Assembly (NCBI RefSeq): GCF_963921235.1
Contig: NC_086097.1
Location: 144,648,001 to 144,712,000 of the forward strand
Origin: Mobula hypostoma
Lineage: Eukaryota
Length of the DNA stretch: 64,000 nt
Direction: 5' to 3'
Shown here: positions 50,945 through 63,778 of the stretch, one piece after another
Layout: every line of letters begins with the position of its first letter
Numbering within the stretch: the first letter of the stretch is position 1
The notes under the pieces: generated by a model
Database searches by the model: none
What the model was told of the DNA's origin: nothing
Seen by the model: the letters and a program-made list of their open reading frames with translations, nothing else
Program-made: the position numbers and the translations under genes

Positions 50945-51515
50945 TGTAACTACACTGGTCCAATGAAATAATGCCCACGCAACATACAAATGTCCTTGAA
51001 GATTTATTTTATTTCTCTTTCTCTCTCTTTCTTCAGTAGACACCATGAACACTACAAGAAAATAATGGACATAGTTTGAAACTTACATCCCTCGGTCTTT
51101 TAAAGTCTCTCAAGCTTGTGTCGGCCGATAGACAGGCTCAAACAAATTAGCACATCAGAAGTGTGCTGAAATCAAATTAATCACTAAAACGTATCACACT
51201 TTTCATATAAAGACACCTCAACAACATTATATAAAACAAATTAAGAAAAACAATTACCATGTGCGCCTCTTGGACCACATGCCGAATGAGGTTATTTTAG
51301 GGCCATGTGTCTTTCTCTGCTTTCATGTTGGTTCTGACCCATAATACCACAGTCATGCTTTCAGTGAACTCTGGTCAGGTGACCCATTAAACTCTGGTTA
51401 TGTGACCCATTAAATAAACCTTACATAAAATATTTTGTGATAAAATAATCATGAATTTATGACAAAAACATATAAAATAACCATCTTAATGAAACATGTC
51501 CCTGAGACAGTTACA
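50945..51515 (-). repeat. Complete solo LTR-like repeat
   Basis: TGTAACT...AGTTACA terminal inverted ends; AATAAA near the 3' end; internal ~23-bp tandem duplication; homologous to 44921-45355. Confidence 0.7.
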
Positions 51516-54187
51516 ACTGATGCCCTTCAGAAATCCTGCTAGGTCTCTTTCAGTCTTTGATTCTGGATGTAAGCCACTTTAAAGTGCCTTTCCAATATCT
51601 TTTTGATCAGTGTTATTTCTTTTTTTTTGGGGGGGGAGGGGGGGAGAAGTCCTGGTTGTTTGGTGACTTTCAGTGTTTTCCAGCAGCCCAATCAAATAGT
51701 AATTCATCAACAAGGGCAAATAAAAATAAGGCAGGGAGAAGTGGAATTGCTTTTGTTGAAGTGGCCATTTGGCCATTGTGTGAGTGGACCAGGGTTAGAG
51801 TGCGAAGGCTTTGGCTAATCGGACTTCAACGAGAACAGGCTTGGGCGAGATGCATTTCTGTTAAGTTTCCTCTTTGCCATTCTTCATTCTTCATCTGTTA
51901 GGAGATAGTTAGAGAATGGCTCCAGGGGTTGTGTTGTGTTCGTTGTGTGAGATGTGGGAATTCTGGGAGACTTCCAGCTTCCCGGATAACCACTTCTGCA
52001 CCAGGTGCACTGAGCTGCAGCTCCCTCAGAGAACATGTTAATGAACTGGAGCCACAGCTCAACGACCTTTGGCACATATGGGAAACTGAGGAGATGATAG
52101 ATCGGAGCTGGAGGGAGATAGTCACCCCTAAGTTGCAGGAGACAGGTCCCTGGGTGACAGTCAGAACGGAAATGGGCAGCCAGTAGAGAAGACATCTGTG
52201 GCTGTTCCCCTCAATAATAAGTATACTGTTTTGGAAACTGTTGGAGGGAGGGAGGACCTACCGGGGGAAGCCACAGTGACTGGATCCCTGACACTGGGTC
52301 AGGCACTGTGACTCAGAAGGGAAGGAGGAAGAAGAGGACTGCAGTAGTCATAGGAGATTCAATAGTTAGAGGACTAGACATGAGATTCTATGAACACAAT
52401 AGACACTCGGCTGATATGTTGCCTCCCAGGTGCCAGGATCAGAGATGTCACGGATCAGGTTCACAGCATTCTAGAGGGAGAGGGCGAGCAAAAAGAAGTC
52501 TTAGTGCATATTGGCACCAATGATATAGGTAGAAAAATGGAAGCGGTCCTGAAGAGAGAATTTAGGGAGCAAGATAGAAAGCTGAAAAGCAGGACCTCCA
52601 GGGTAGTAATCTCTGGATTGTTGTCTGTACCATGTGGCAGTGAGGGTAAGATTAGGATGATCTGGCAGATGAATGCCTGGATGAGAAACTGGTGTGGGGA
52701 GCAGGGCTTCAAATTCCTAGATCACTGGGATTATTTCTGGGGAAGGATTGACTTGTAGCAAAAGGACGAGTTACCTCCTGAACCCAAGGTGGACCAATAT
52801 CCTTGTGGGCAGATTTGCTAGAACTGTTGGGGAGTGCTTAAACTAATCTGGCGGGGAAATTGAGTGGTAGAGCTGAGAATGGGGCATTTGGTATACAAAC
52901 AGAGGCAGTGTGTATTGAGACTGTCAGGAAGGACGGGCAGATGACAGGGCAAAATTGCAGAGAATGTGATGAGTTGAAATATAACAGGGAGACAATATTG
53001 AAAGGGGTGATGAATACCAGACTGAAGGAATCATATTTGAATGCATGCAGTATATGGAATAAGGTAGATGATTTGTAGCACAGTTGGAGATTAGCAGGTA
53101 TGACGTTGTGGGCATCACTGAGTTGTGACTGAAGGAAGATTGTAGCTGGGAGCTTAACATCCATGGATACACATTGTATCAAAAGGTCAGGTAGGTATGC
53201 AGAGGGGGTGGCATGATAAAAAATGAAGTAAAATCCTTTGGAAGAGGTGACATAGAATTTTAAGATGTATAATCATTGTGGGTAGAGTTAAGGAAGTACA
53301 AAAGTAAAAAACCATGAATGGAGTTTTATAAAAGCCTCTGAACAGTTGCCAGGGTGTGTGCTATAAAATAGAATGGGAGATAGAAAATGCATGTCAAAAG
53401 AGCAATGTTACAATAGTCACGGGGCATTTCATTATGCACATAGACTGGGAAAATCAGATTACTGATTTTGGATTCCAAGAAAGAGAATTTGTATAATGTC
53501 TATAAGGTGGCTTTTCAGAGCAGCTATGATTGAGCCCACTAGGGGATCAGCTATTCTGGATTGAGAGTTGTGTAATGAACCGGACTGGATTAGGGAGATT
53601 AAGGTAAGGGAACTTGTAGAAATCAGTGATCACAATTTAATGGAATTCACCCTGCAATTTCAGAGGGAGATGCTAAAATCAAAAGTATCAGTATTACAGT
53701 AGAGTAAAATGAATTACAGAGGCATGAGGGAAGAGCTGGAGAAAGTTGTTTGGAAGGGGACATTAACAGGGATGACAGCAGAGCAGCAAAGGCTTGTGTT
53801 TCTGGAAGCAATCTGCAAGGTGCAGAGTAGATACATCCCAAAGAAGAACGAGTATTCTCAAGACAGGATGATGCAACCGTGGCTGACAAGGGGAGTCAAA
53901 GCCAACATAAAAGCAAAATTAAGCAGGAAGTTAGAGATTTGGGCTTTTAAAAGCCAGCAGAAGGCAACTAAAAAGGCCATAAGCAGGGAAAAGATGAAAT
54001 ATAAAGGTGAGCTAACCAATAATATTAAAAAGAACACATTTTAAATTTCAGGTATGTAAAGAGTAAAAAAAGAGGCAAGAGAAGACCATAAGACCATAAG
54101 GCCATAAGACAAAGGAGCAGAAGTAGGCCATTCGGCCCATCGAGTCTGCTCCGCCATTTTATCATGAGCTGATCCATTTTATCCTAT

Positions 54188-57089
54188 TTAGTCCCACTGC
54201 CCTGCCTTCTCACCATAACCTTTGATGCCCTGGCTACTCAGATACATATCAATCTCTGCCTTAAATACACCCAATGACTTGGCCTCCACTGCTGCCGGTG
54301 GCAACAAATTCCATAGATTCACCACCCTCTGACTAAAAAAATTTCTTCGCATTTCTGTTCTGAAAGGGCTCCCTTCAATCCTGAAGTCATGCCCTCTCGT
54401 ACTAGACTCCCCCATCATGGGAAACAACTTTGCCACATCCACTCTGTCCATGCCTTTTAACATTCGAAATGCTTCTATGAGGTCTCCCCTCATTCTTCTA
54501 AACTCCAAGGAATACAGTCCAAGAGCGGACAAACGTTCCTCATATGTTAACCCTCTCATTCCCAGAATCATTCTCGTGAATCTTCTCTGTACCCTCTCCA
54601 ACGTCAGCACATCCTTTCTTAAATAAGGAGACCAAAACTGCCCACAGTATTCCAAGTGAGGTCTCACCAGCGCCTTATAGAGTCTCAACATCACATCCCT
54701 GTTCCTATACTCTATTCCTCTAGAAATGAATGCCAACATTGCATTCACCTTCTTCACTACTGACTCAACCTGGAGGTTAACATTAAGGGAATCCTGTACG
54801 AGGACTCCCAAGTCCCGTTGCATCTCAGAACTTTGAATTCTTTCCCCATTTAAATAATAGTCTGCCTGTTTATTTTTTCTGCCAAAGTGCATAACCATAC
54901 ACTTTCCAACATTGTACTTCATTTGCCACTTCTCTGCCCATTCTTCCAATCTATCCAAGTCTCTCTGCAGACTCTCCGTTTCCTCAGCACTACCGGCCCC
55001 TCCACCTATCTTTGTATCGTCGGTAAACTTAGCCACAAAGCCATCTATTTCATAATCCAGATCGTTGATGTACAATGTAAAAAGAAGCGGCCCCAACACT
55101 GATCCCTGTGGAACACCACTGGTAACCGGCAGCCAACCAGAATAGGATCCCTTTATTCCCACTCTCTGTTTCCTGCCAATCAGCCAACGCTCTATCCACG
55201 TATGTAACTTTCCTGTAATTCCATGGGCTCTTATCTTGTTAAGTAGCCTTATGTGTGGCACCTTGTCAAAGGCCTTCTGAAAATCCAAATATACAATATC
55301 CACTGCATCTCCCTTGTCTAGCCTACTGGTAATTTCCTCAAAAAATTGTAATAGGTTTGTCAGGCAGGATTTTCCTTTAAGGAATCCATGCTGAGTTCTG
55401 CCTATCTTGTCATATGCCTCCAGGTACTCTGTAACCTCATCCTTGACAATCGACTCCAACAACTTCCCAACCACTGACGTCAAGCTAGCAGGTCTATAAT
55501 TTCCTTTTTGCTTCCTTGCCCCCTTCTTAAATAGTGGAGTGACATTTGCAATCTTCCAGTCCTCCGGAACCATGCCAGAATCTATCGACTTTTGAAAGAT
55601 CATCGCTAATGCCTCTGCAATCTCCACAGCTACTTCCTTCAGAACACGAGGGTGCATTCCATCTGGTCCAGGAGATTTATCGACCTTTAGCCTATTCAGC
55701 TTCCTGAGTACTTTCTCTGTCGTAATTGTGACTGCGCACACTTCTCTTCCCTACCACCCTTGAGTGTCCGGTATCCTGCTGTCTTCCTCAGTGAAGACTG
55801 ATGCAAAATACTTGTTCAGTTCCTCTGCCATCTCCTCATCTCCCATTACAATTTCTCCAGTATCATTTTCTATCGGTCCTATATCTACTCTCACCTGTCT
55901 TTTACTCTTTATATACTTGAAAAAGCTTTTAGTATCCTATTTGATATTATTTGCTAGTTTCCTTTCATAGTTAATCTTTTCTCTCTTAATGACCTTCTTG
56001 GTTTCCTTTTGTAAGGTTTTAAAAACTTCCCAATCCTCTGTCTTCCCACTAATTTTTGCTTCCTTGTATGCCCTCTCCTTAGCTTTAACTTTGGCTTTGA
56101 CTTCTCTTGTCAACCACGGTTGCATCCTTTTTCCACTCGAAAATTTCTTCTGTTTTGGAATATACCTGTCTTGTACATTCCTCATTTTTCGCATAAACTC
56201 CAGCCACTGCTGCTCTGCCGTCTTTCCCGCCAGTGTCTCTTTCCAGTCAACTTTGGCCAGTTCCTCTCTCATGCCACTGTAATTTCCTTTACTCCATTGA
56301 AACACCGACACATCAGATTTCGGCTTCTCTTTTTCTAATTTCACAGTGAGCTCAATCATGTTATCCTAAGGGTTCCTTCACCTCAATCTCTCCAATCACC
56401 TCCGGTTCATTACACAATACCCAATCCAGTACAGCCGATCCCCTAGTGGGCTCAACAACAAGCTGTTCTAAAAAGCCATCTCGCAGACATTGTACAAATT
56501 CTCTCTCTTGAGATCCAGTGCCGACCTGATTTTTCCAATCTACTCGCATGTTAAAATACCCCACAATTATCATAACACTGCCCTTCTGACAAGCCTTTTC
56601 TATTTCCAGTTGTAATTTGTAGTCCACATCCCTGCAGCTGTTTGGAGGCCTATAAATAACTGCCATTAGGGTCTTTTTACCCCTGCTATTCCTTAGCTCA
56701 ACCCATAAAGATTCTGCACCTTCCGATCCTATATCACCTCTTTCTAATGATTTAATATTTCTTACCAATAAAGCCACGCCTCCCCCTCTGCCTACCTTCC
56801 TATCCTTCCGATACACCGTGTATCCTTGGACGTTCAGCTCCCAGAGACATGCATCCTTTAGCCAGGTCTCAGTGATGGCCACAATATCATACCTGCCAAT
56901 CAGTAGCTGTACAATAAGATCATCCACCTTATTCCTTATGCTGCGTGCATTTAAGTACAACACCTTAAGACCAGTATTTGATACTTTTTGCTTTGATTTC
57001 ACTGCAACTTTATTGCACTTCAACTCATCCCAATGGCTACACATTTGCCTCATCACCTGCCTGTCTTTCCTGACATCTTTACTGCTCAC
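54188..57089 (-). pseudogene. CR1 ORF2 (AP endonuclease and reverse transcriptase), disrupted
   Basis: YLNARSIRNK, ITETWL, IYRPP; KSPGPDG, QHGF, YLDFQKAFDKV, GVPQGSVLGP, KFTDD; breaks near 56360, 55937 and 55745. Confidence 0.9.
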
Positions 57090-57157
57090 TATCTTAGATT
57101 TGCTTCTGTTTTCCCCTTCCTCCGCTCTATCATTCCGGTTCCCATCCCCCTGCCAAA

Positions 57158-57694
57158 TTAGTTTAAACCCTCCCTAACAGCTCTATTAAACTTTCCCGCC
57201 AGGATATTGGTCCCCTTCGGGTTCAGGTGTAACCTGTCCTTTTTGAACAGGTCATACTTTCCCCAGAAGAGATTCCAATTATCCAAGAATCTGAAGCCCT
57301 GCCCCCTACACCAGTCTCTCAGCCAGGCATTCATCTGCCTGATCCGATGACTCTTGCCCTCGCTAGCACGTGGCACAGGTAGCAATCCTGAGATTACTAC
57401 CCTGGAGGTCCTGCTTCTCAGCTTCCTTCCTAACTCCTGGAAATCTCTCTTCAGGACCTCCTCCTTTGTCTTATCTATGTCATTGGTACCAACATGTACC
57501 AAGACAACTGGCTTCTCACGCTCCCCCTTTAGAATATTCAGGACCTGATCCGAGACATCCCGTACCCTGGCACCTGGGAGGCAACACACCATGCGGGTAT
57601 CTCTGTCAGGCTCACAGAATCTCCTGTCTGTTCCCCTGACTATGGAATCCCCCACGACTACCGCATTTCTCTTCTCCCTCCTTCTCTCCTGCAC
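57158..57694 (-). CDS. CR1 ORF1 SGNH/GDSL esterase domain (partial)
   Basis: GDSIVRG, HVGTND and DRLHLN motifs. Confidence 0.85.
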   Translation of the reverse strand: MQERRREKRNAVVVGDSIVRGTDRRFCEPDRDTRMVCCLPGARVRDVSDQVLNILKGEREKPVVLVHVGTNDIDKTKEEVLKRDFQELGRKLRSRTSRVVISGLLPVPRASEGKSHRIRQMNAWLRDWCRGQGFRFLDNWNLFWGKYDLFKKDRLHLNPKGTNILAGKFNRAVREGLN

Positions 57695-60419
57695 AACAGC
57701 GCCAGGCTCAGTGCCAGAGACCCGGTCACGTGGGCATCCCCCGTCAGGTCAAGCAAGCAGCTGGGAAATGATGATGGAGTGGTAGTAACATGGGACAATG
57801 AAATGGTGGATGAACTGAATAAGTATTTCGCATCAGTCTTCACTGTGGAGAACACTAGCAGGATGCCAGAAGTTCGAGAGTGACTTGGGCAGAAGTGAGT
57901 GCAGTTGCTGTTACTAGGGAGAAGGTGCCTGGGAACTGAAAGGTCTGAAGGCAGATACATCAGTTGGACCAAATGGTTTACACCCCAGGGTTCTGATAAA
58001 GGTGGCTGAAGAGTTTGTGGAGGCATTAGTAATGATATTTCAAGATTCTGGAAGACTGAAAAATTGCAAATGTCACTCCACTCTTCAAGAAAGGAGAGAG
58101 GTAGAAGAAAAGAAAATACAGGCCAGTTAGTCTGACCTCAGTGGTTGGGAACATGGTGGAGTTGATTGGTAAGGATGTGATTTCCAGTTACTTGGAGGCA
58201 CGTGATAAAATAAGCCATAGTCAGCATGGTTTCCTGAAGGAAAAATGTTGCCTGACAAATTTGTTGGAATTCTTGGAAGAAATGAAAAGCAGGATAGACA
58301 ATGGAGATTTGGTGGATGTTGTGTACTTGGATTATCAAAAGACCTTTGACAAGCTGGTGCAGATGAGGCTACTTGGCAAGCTAGGAGCCCATGGTATTAC
58401 AGGAAAGATACTTGCTAGAATAGTGATTTGGCTGATGGCAGGACGCAAAGAGTGGGAATAAAGGGAACCTTTTCTGATTGGCTGCAAGTGACTAGTGGTA
58501 TTCTGCAGGGTTCAATGTTGGGACTGCTTCTTCTTACATTGTGTGTCAATGATTTGGATGTTGGAATTGAAGACTTTGTCACCAAGCTTGCCGATGAGAC
58601 AAAGACAGTTGGAGGGGCAGCTAGTGTTGAGGAAGTAGAGAGTCTGCAGGATAGATTAAGAGAATGGGCAAAGAAGTGGCAGATGGAATATATGTCAGGA
58701 AGTGTCCAGTCATGCACTTTGGTAGAAGGAATAAAAGCATAAACTATTTCTTAATAGGAAGAAAATTCAAAACTCCAAGGTGCAAAGGGACTTGGGTATC
58801 CTTATGCAGGATTCCCTAATGGTTAATTTGCAGGTTGAGTTGATGGTGAGGAAGACAAATGCGATGTTAGCATTTATTTCAAGAGGACAAAAATATAAAA
58901 ACAAGGATGTAACGATAAGGCTTTATAAGGCACTGGTGAGGCCTTACTTGGAGTACTGTGAGCAGTTTTGGTCCCCTTATCTAAGAAAGAATTTGCTGAC
59001 ATTGGAGGGGATTCAGAGGAGGTTCACAAAAATGATTCTGGGATTGAAAGGCTTATCATATGAAGAGTGTTTGATGACTCTGATCCCGTACTCACTGGAA
59101 TTTAGAAGAATGAAGGGGAATTCATTGAAATCTATTGGATGTTGAAAGGCCTCGATGGAGTGGATATGATGAGGATGTTTCCTACAGTGGGTGAGTTTAG
59201 GACCAGAGGGCACTTCCTCTGAATGGAGGTATGTCCATTTAGAATGGAGATGAGGAGGAATTTCTTTCGCCAGAGGGTGATAAATCAGTAAAATTGATTT
59301 CCATGGATGGCTGTGGAGGCCAAGTCATTGAGTGCATTTAAAGCAAGGTTGATAGATTCTTGAGAATTCAAGGCATGAAGGGTTATGGGAAGAGGGCAGG
59401 AGAATGGGTTTGAGAGGGAAGTGGATCAGCCATGATAAAATGGCAGAGTAAACTTGATGAGCCGAATGGCCTAATTCTCCTTCTATGTCTTATGGTCTCT
59501 TATGATTTTTTAGTGCTATTTTCCCATTGTCTACAATGCCTCTTGTAAGTAGTTTAGCCCTCAGAAGGATGTAGAAAACTTCATAATTCGTGGTGCTACT
59601 TGTTAGCAGTATAAATAGTGGCAGATATGTTGAGTTGGATGCATTGGCTTTCAGTGAGAAGCAATATACTCTGAAGGCATTGATATTTTAGTGAGAAATG
59701 GTCTGTTTTTGATTGCTTGAGATGTATGGAAAATATTTTTCAGATTCTTCGTGACAATTTGCTGAATAAGTCTGCCTCTGCTGCCTTACATTGATCATTA
59801 TAACTCTTGCTTCTTGTGTTTCATGCAATAGTTTTACGGTACCAATAATGCCATTGCCAGGCCCTACCAACAACATTTGGGCCCACAACTTGGTCTGCAA
59901 AATCATAAAGTAGATAAAATGACATCACAGTTGCTAAGGATGCACAATACAAGTTTATGGATATCCAAAGGGTGAAATTATCCTTGGAGATTTTCAGTGA
60001 CATGCCTGTGCTGTATTGTTGCCTTCACTGGAACAGTACTTTGCCATGCTCAAGAGACATCACAAGCCAAGGGAGTAACAAAACCCTGTTTCAATCCTGC
60101 TGCCAAGACTGTTCTTTCCCTTGGTGTTGAGAGAGGACTTATTCATGGACAACAAAGCGTAAGATCATCATTACCGCTCTTGGCATATGGTACTTTCATG
60201 TGCATAAACTGTTAATGTAACCCTGACAACTAAGATAGGCGTAGCAATTATGAAACATTAGAAGGCTCTTTATGTTATCTGTGGGAGAACAGTCAGAATG
60301 TATTAACTGAGCTGCTTGAAAAGATGTGCATTAGTTCCCTAGTTTATAAAGAGTTCAACAAATTAAAGCTGATGTAAGGCCCCCATGGAATGAACTTGTT
60401 GCACATAGTTTAATGCTGT

Positions 60420-60660
60420 GGTCAGTCGTTGCATATCTTTTTGGAGCTTCTGCCCCACAACCTCAGTGCCCTGGACTAATTCTGATCTCTGCTGCTGCTT
60501 GTGTGTGTACAATCCCTGTGTGACCTGATGGGATTCCTCCAGGTGACCCGATTTCCTCCCTACCCCAAAGACATACAGATTGGTATGTTAATTAGCCTCC
60601 GTGAATTGCCCTACTGTGTAGAGATTGGGGGAAGTTGGGTGCAAATTTAGGGAAAATAAA
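60420..60660 (+). mobile_element. V-SINE (HE1-like)
   Basis: gggattcctccaggtgacccgatttcctccctaccccaaagac V-domain; its tail probably resumes at ~61085-61170. Confidence 0.7.
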
Positions 60661-60689
60661 AGTAATTGGGATTAGTGCCAATGTCTTCT

Positions 60690-61060
60690 GCAATGATTGT
60701 CACCTTGTTGTGGTGGAGGCTTGTGAGTTCTTGCGATGCTGAGAGTGATGCTGTCTGGATCATAGTTCCTAGTAGTGTCACCCATGGTGCTAAGGTCAAC
60801 GAGGGTGTTCCAAACAAAGGTCCATCTAACCAAGACCTCAACATTGGAGTTGGTGGAAGATGATGACTCTCACAATGAAGTGAAGTCGGAGAAAGGCTAT
60901 AGCTGAGAAGTGTCCCCAGTGGTCTTACACTCCATGCTGCTGGACCCTGACCCCAACCTGTCAAGGACCGTGTGGTAGCAGCCCCGACATCAGCCTCTCC
61001 ACGCTAAACAAAGTCACCACAGACATTCTCCTTTAAGGGGATAAACCCTTGGGAGAACAT
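60690..61060 (+). mobile_element. Insertion resembling an RTE (Expander/Rex3-like) 5' UTR
   Basis: caccttgttgtggtggaggcttgtg...tagtgtcacccatgg..aggtc resembles RTE-clade 5' ends as I recall them; it interrupts the V-SINE. Confidence 0.45.
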
Positions 61061-61349
61061 TATACTCGACTTGAGTGTTCGTATTACTACTATAGTGTAA
61101 ATGTATGCTTAGTAGTGCAGACTCAGAGAAGCAAAGAACTTGTTTCCCCACTGCATTATTCTATGAATCCATGAGTTGAAGCTGCTAATATCACGCAACT
61201 TAGCTAAAGAACAGACAGTAATACTGAAAGAGCTTCCTCCAGAGTTTCATAACTAAGGCATTAACACCTGTTAGTTCGAGAATAAGGTCTCAGAAATTGT
61301 GCTTGGGTCAGTAGTATCCCATTGACCATTATTAGGTGTTGTTTGTTTG

Positions 61350-61690
61350 ATCTAGTTAAAGGTAAAGATTAGCTTTATTTGCCAATTGCACATTGAAATA
61401 TCGAAGCATGCGGTGAAATGTGGCATTTGCATCAACAACAAACAAAGTCCGAGGATGGGATGGGGGCAGCCCTCAAATGTTGCCATGCTTCCAATAACAA
61501 CGTAGCATGCTCATAACTTACTCGCCCTAACCTGTTCATCATTAGAATGTGGGAGAAAACCGCAGCACTAGGAGGAAACCCAAGTGATGATGGCGAGAAT
61601 GTACAAACTCCTTACAGACACCAGCGGAACCGAACCCGGGTCACTGGTGCTATAAAGTGTTACACTAACCTCAATGTGTTACACATGCCA
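61350..61690 (-). mobile_element. V-SINE-derived SINE
   Basis: tgtgggagaaaaccgcagcactaggaggaaaccc..gagaatgtacaaactccttacagac..cgaacccggg. Confidence 0.75.
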
Positions 61691-61774
61691 CCCCTTTCTT
61701 TCAAGCACCTATTACGGCTTCTTTTACAATCTCCTGATATTCCTTCTCTCCTGAGCTATAAGTTTTAAACAGGA

Positions 61775-62790
61775 TTCACATTGACCACACCCAACAGGAT
61801 GGACAAAGACCACAGTCAACAGGATAGGCAAACAACCAATATGCAAAAGACAACAAACTGTGCAAATACGGAAGGGAAATAATTATAATTATAATAATAG
61901 TAAATAAGTAAGCAATAAGTATTGAGAACATGTGATAAAGAGTCCTTGAAAGTGAGTCTATAGGTTGTAAGATCAGTTCAGTGATGGGGCAAGTGAAGTT
62001 GAGTGAAGTTATCTCATCTTGTTCAAGATTCATGGTTGAGGGGTAATAACCGCTCCTGAACCTGATGGTGTGAGTCCTGAGGCTCCAGTATGTTTTTCCT
62101 GATGGCAGAAGCAATAAGGGAGTGTGGGCTAGGTGGTGGATGTCCTGCTTTCCTGCAACTATACTCCGTGTAGATGTGCTCAATGGTGGAGAGCATTTTA
62201 TCTGTGATGGACTGGACCACATCCACTACTTTTGTAGGATTTTCTGTTCAAGGGCATTGGTGTTTCCATACCAGGCCATGATGCAACCAGTCAATATACG
62301 TACTCTCCACTGTGCATCTATGGAAGTTTGTCAAAGCTTAAGATGTCATTGCCATATCTTTGCAAAATTCTAAGGAAGTAGAGGCACTGCCATGGTTTAG
62401 CACTTACGTGCTGGGCCCAGGCCAGATCCTCTGAAATGACAACACTGAGGAATTTAAAGTTGCTGATCCTCTCCACCCTTGATGCCATGATGAGGGCTGC
62501 CTTGCGGACATCCGATTTCCTCCTCCTGAAGATAATAATCAGCTCCTTGGTCTTGCTGACATTGAGTGAGAGGTTAGTGTTCTGGCATCATTCAGTCAGA
62601 TTTTCAGTCTCCCTCCTGTATGCTGATTCATCTCCACCTTTGATTCGGTCTACGACAGTCGTAGTGTTAACAAACTTAAATGTGGTATTGGTGCTGTGCC
62701 TAGCAACTCAGTCTTAAGTGTAATGTGAGTAGAGCAGGGGGCTAAACACACAGCCTTGTGGTGCAGTTGTGCTGATAGAGATTGTGGAGG
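61775..62790 (-). mobile_element. Rex1/Babar RT/3' fragment
   Basis: Reverse complement of 4380-5400 (same family); LLLPSGKTYWSLRTHTIRFRSGYYP. Confidence 0.88.
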
Positions 62791-63179
62791 ACTGTGGAGT
62801 TTGCTAGTGAAATCAAGCTACCACTTTGCTCTGTATCTGATAATTCATTTTGCATCTGTAATGATTTATGTCCGGATGTCCTATAAAATATTTGTATTTT
62901 AGCCTAAGAGATGTGATTCATCCATGTAGCATTGCAGCACCTGTAAAAGTGATTGGGAGAGTACAACAGGGATCAAGTCCCTCAGTGTGTCCAACAAAAG
63001 GAGAATTGTTTACACCATGACTCACTGACCTGTTCACTCTGCTCCAGGCGTAGAAATTTCTAATCATGAGATTTATGGCACTGCTTATGGAATTGCCTTT
63101 GTTGTAGCTACCACAATTAAAGCACGTTGAGTGATAGAGTGACCAGGCTTTCTAATAATCTTCACTGCAGACTCTCACC

Positions 63180-63500
63180 ATCTCTATGACTGACTTAGAT
63201 CATAGCGCACTTCAGCTAATCTAGTCCATGCCAAACACTGATTCTGCCAAGTTCCATTGACCTTCACCTGGACTTTGGCCTCCACACTCTTCCCATCCAT
63301 ATGCTTATGAAAATTTCTCTTAAATGTTGAAATTGAACCCGCATCCATCACTTCTGCTGGCAATAGCTCCACCCTCTCACCACCCTCTGAGTGAAGAAGT
63401 TCTTCCTCGGGTTCCCCTTGAATATTTCACCTTTCACCCATGACCTCTGGTTCTGGTCTCTTCAAATCTAAGTGGAAAAACTCTGCTTGCATTAACTTCT
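63180..63500 (-). mobile_element. CR1 3' tail fragment
   Basis: ORF 63184-63372 ELLPAEVMDAGSISTFKRNFHKHMD. Confidence 0.8.
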
Positions 63501-63656
63501 TCGTATCTTCCCCCTATTTTTGGACTTGGCATCATCAAGTCTTATGCTAACATATGATTTTCTTCCTCATATGGAAAGCTTAAAACAGTGATAGGAATTG
63601 AAAAGAAACTATTAGAAGAGGAAGTTGCCACACTGAATCAATGGGCGATGCATTAC

Positions 63657-63778
63657 TTGCTGTGATAGTGAGCCAAAAGGCTAGTAAGGACCAGTATTTC
63701 ATTGCTGGTCTGTGCTGAGTTAGCTGCTTTCAGTGGGACCAACAGTAGAGGTGTTACAGTTGGCATTACTACACCAGA
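63657..63778 (-). CDS. Candidate host-gene exon (122 nt); may encode signal peptide MKYWSLLAFWLTITA (ATG at 63702)
   Basis: Strong acceptor ttattttccttttttccag| and donor CAA|gtaatg; non-repetitive sequence; frame ambiguous. Confidence 0.35.

Larger units (their letters stand above)
54082..57751 (-). mobile_element. Young CR1 LINE, 5'-truncated within ORF1
   Basis: (ttatggtc)n tail at 54082-54110; long ORFs for esterase, APE and RT; few disablements. Confidence 0.95.
51700..59505 (+). mobile_element. Older near-full-length CR1 (ORF1 zinc finger and esterase, ORF2 APE-RT), split by a young antisense CR1
   Basis: CxxC..CxxC at ~51930-52020; AVVIGDSIVRG..CCLPGARIRDV..HIGTND; APE and RT remnants 53000-54080 and 57752-59400; tail tatgtcttatggtct. 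Confidence 0.9.

Noticed and set aside
59997..60215. Plus-strand ORF with a signal-like start and flanking AG/GT
   Set aside because: GTG start, no recognisable homology and no supporting plus-strand exons; compatible with chance
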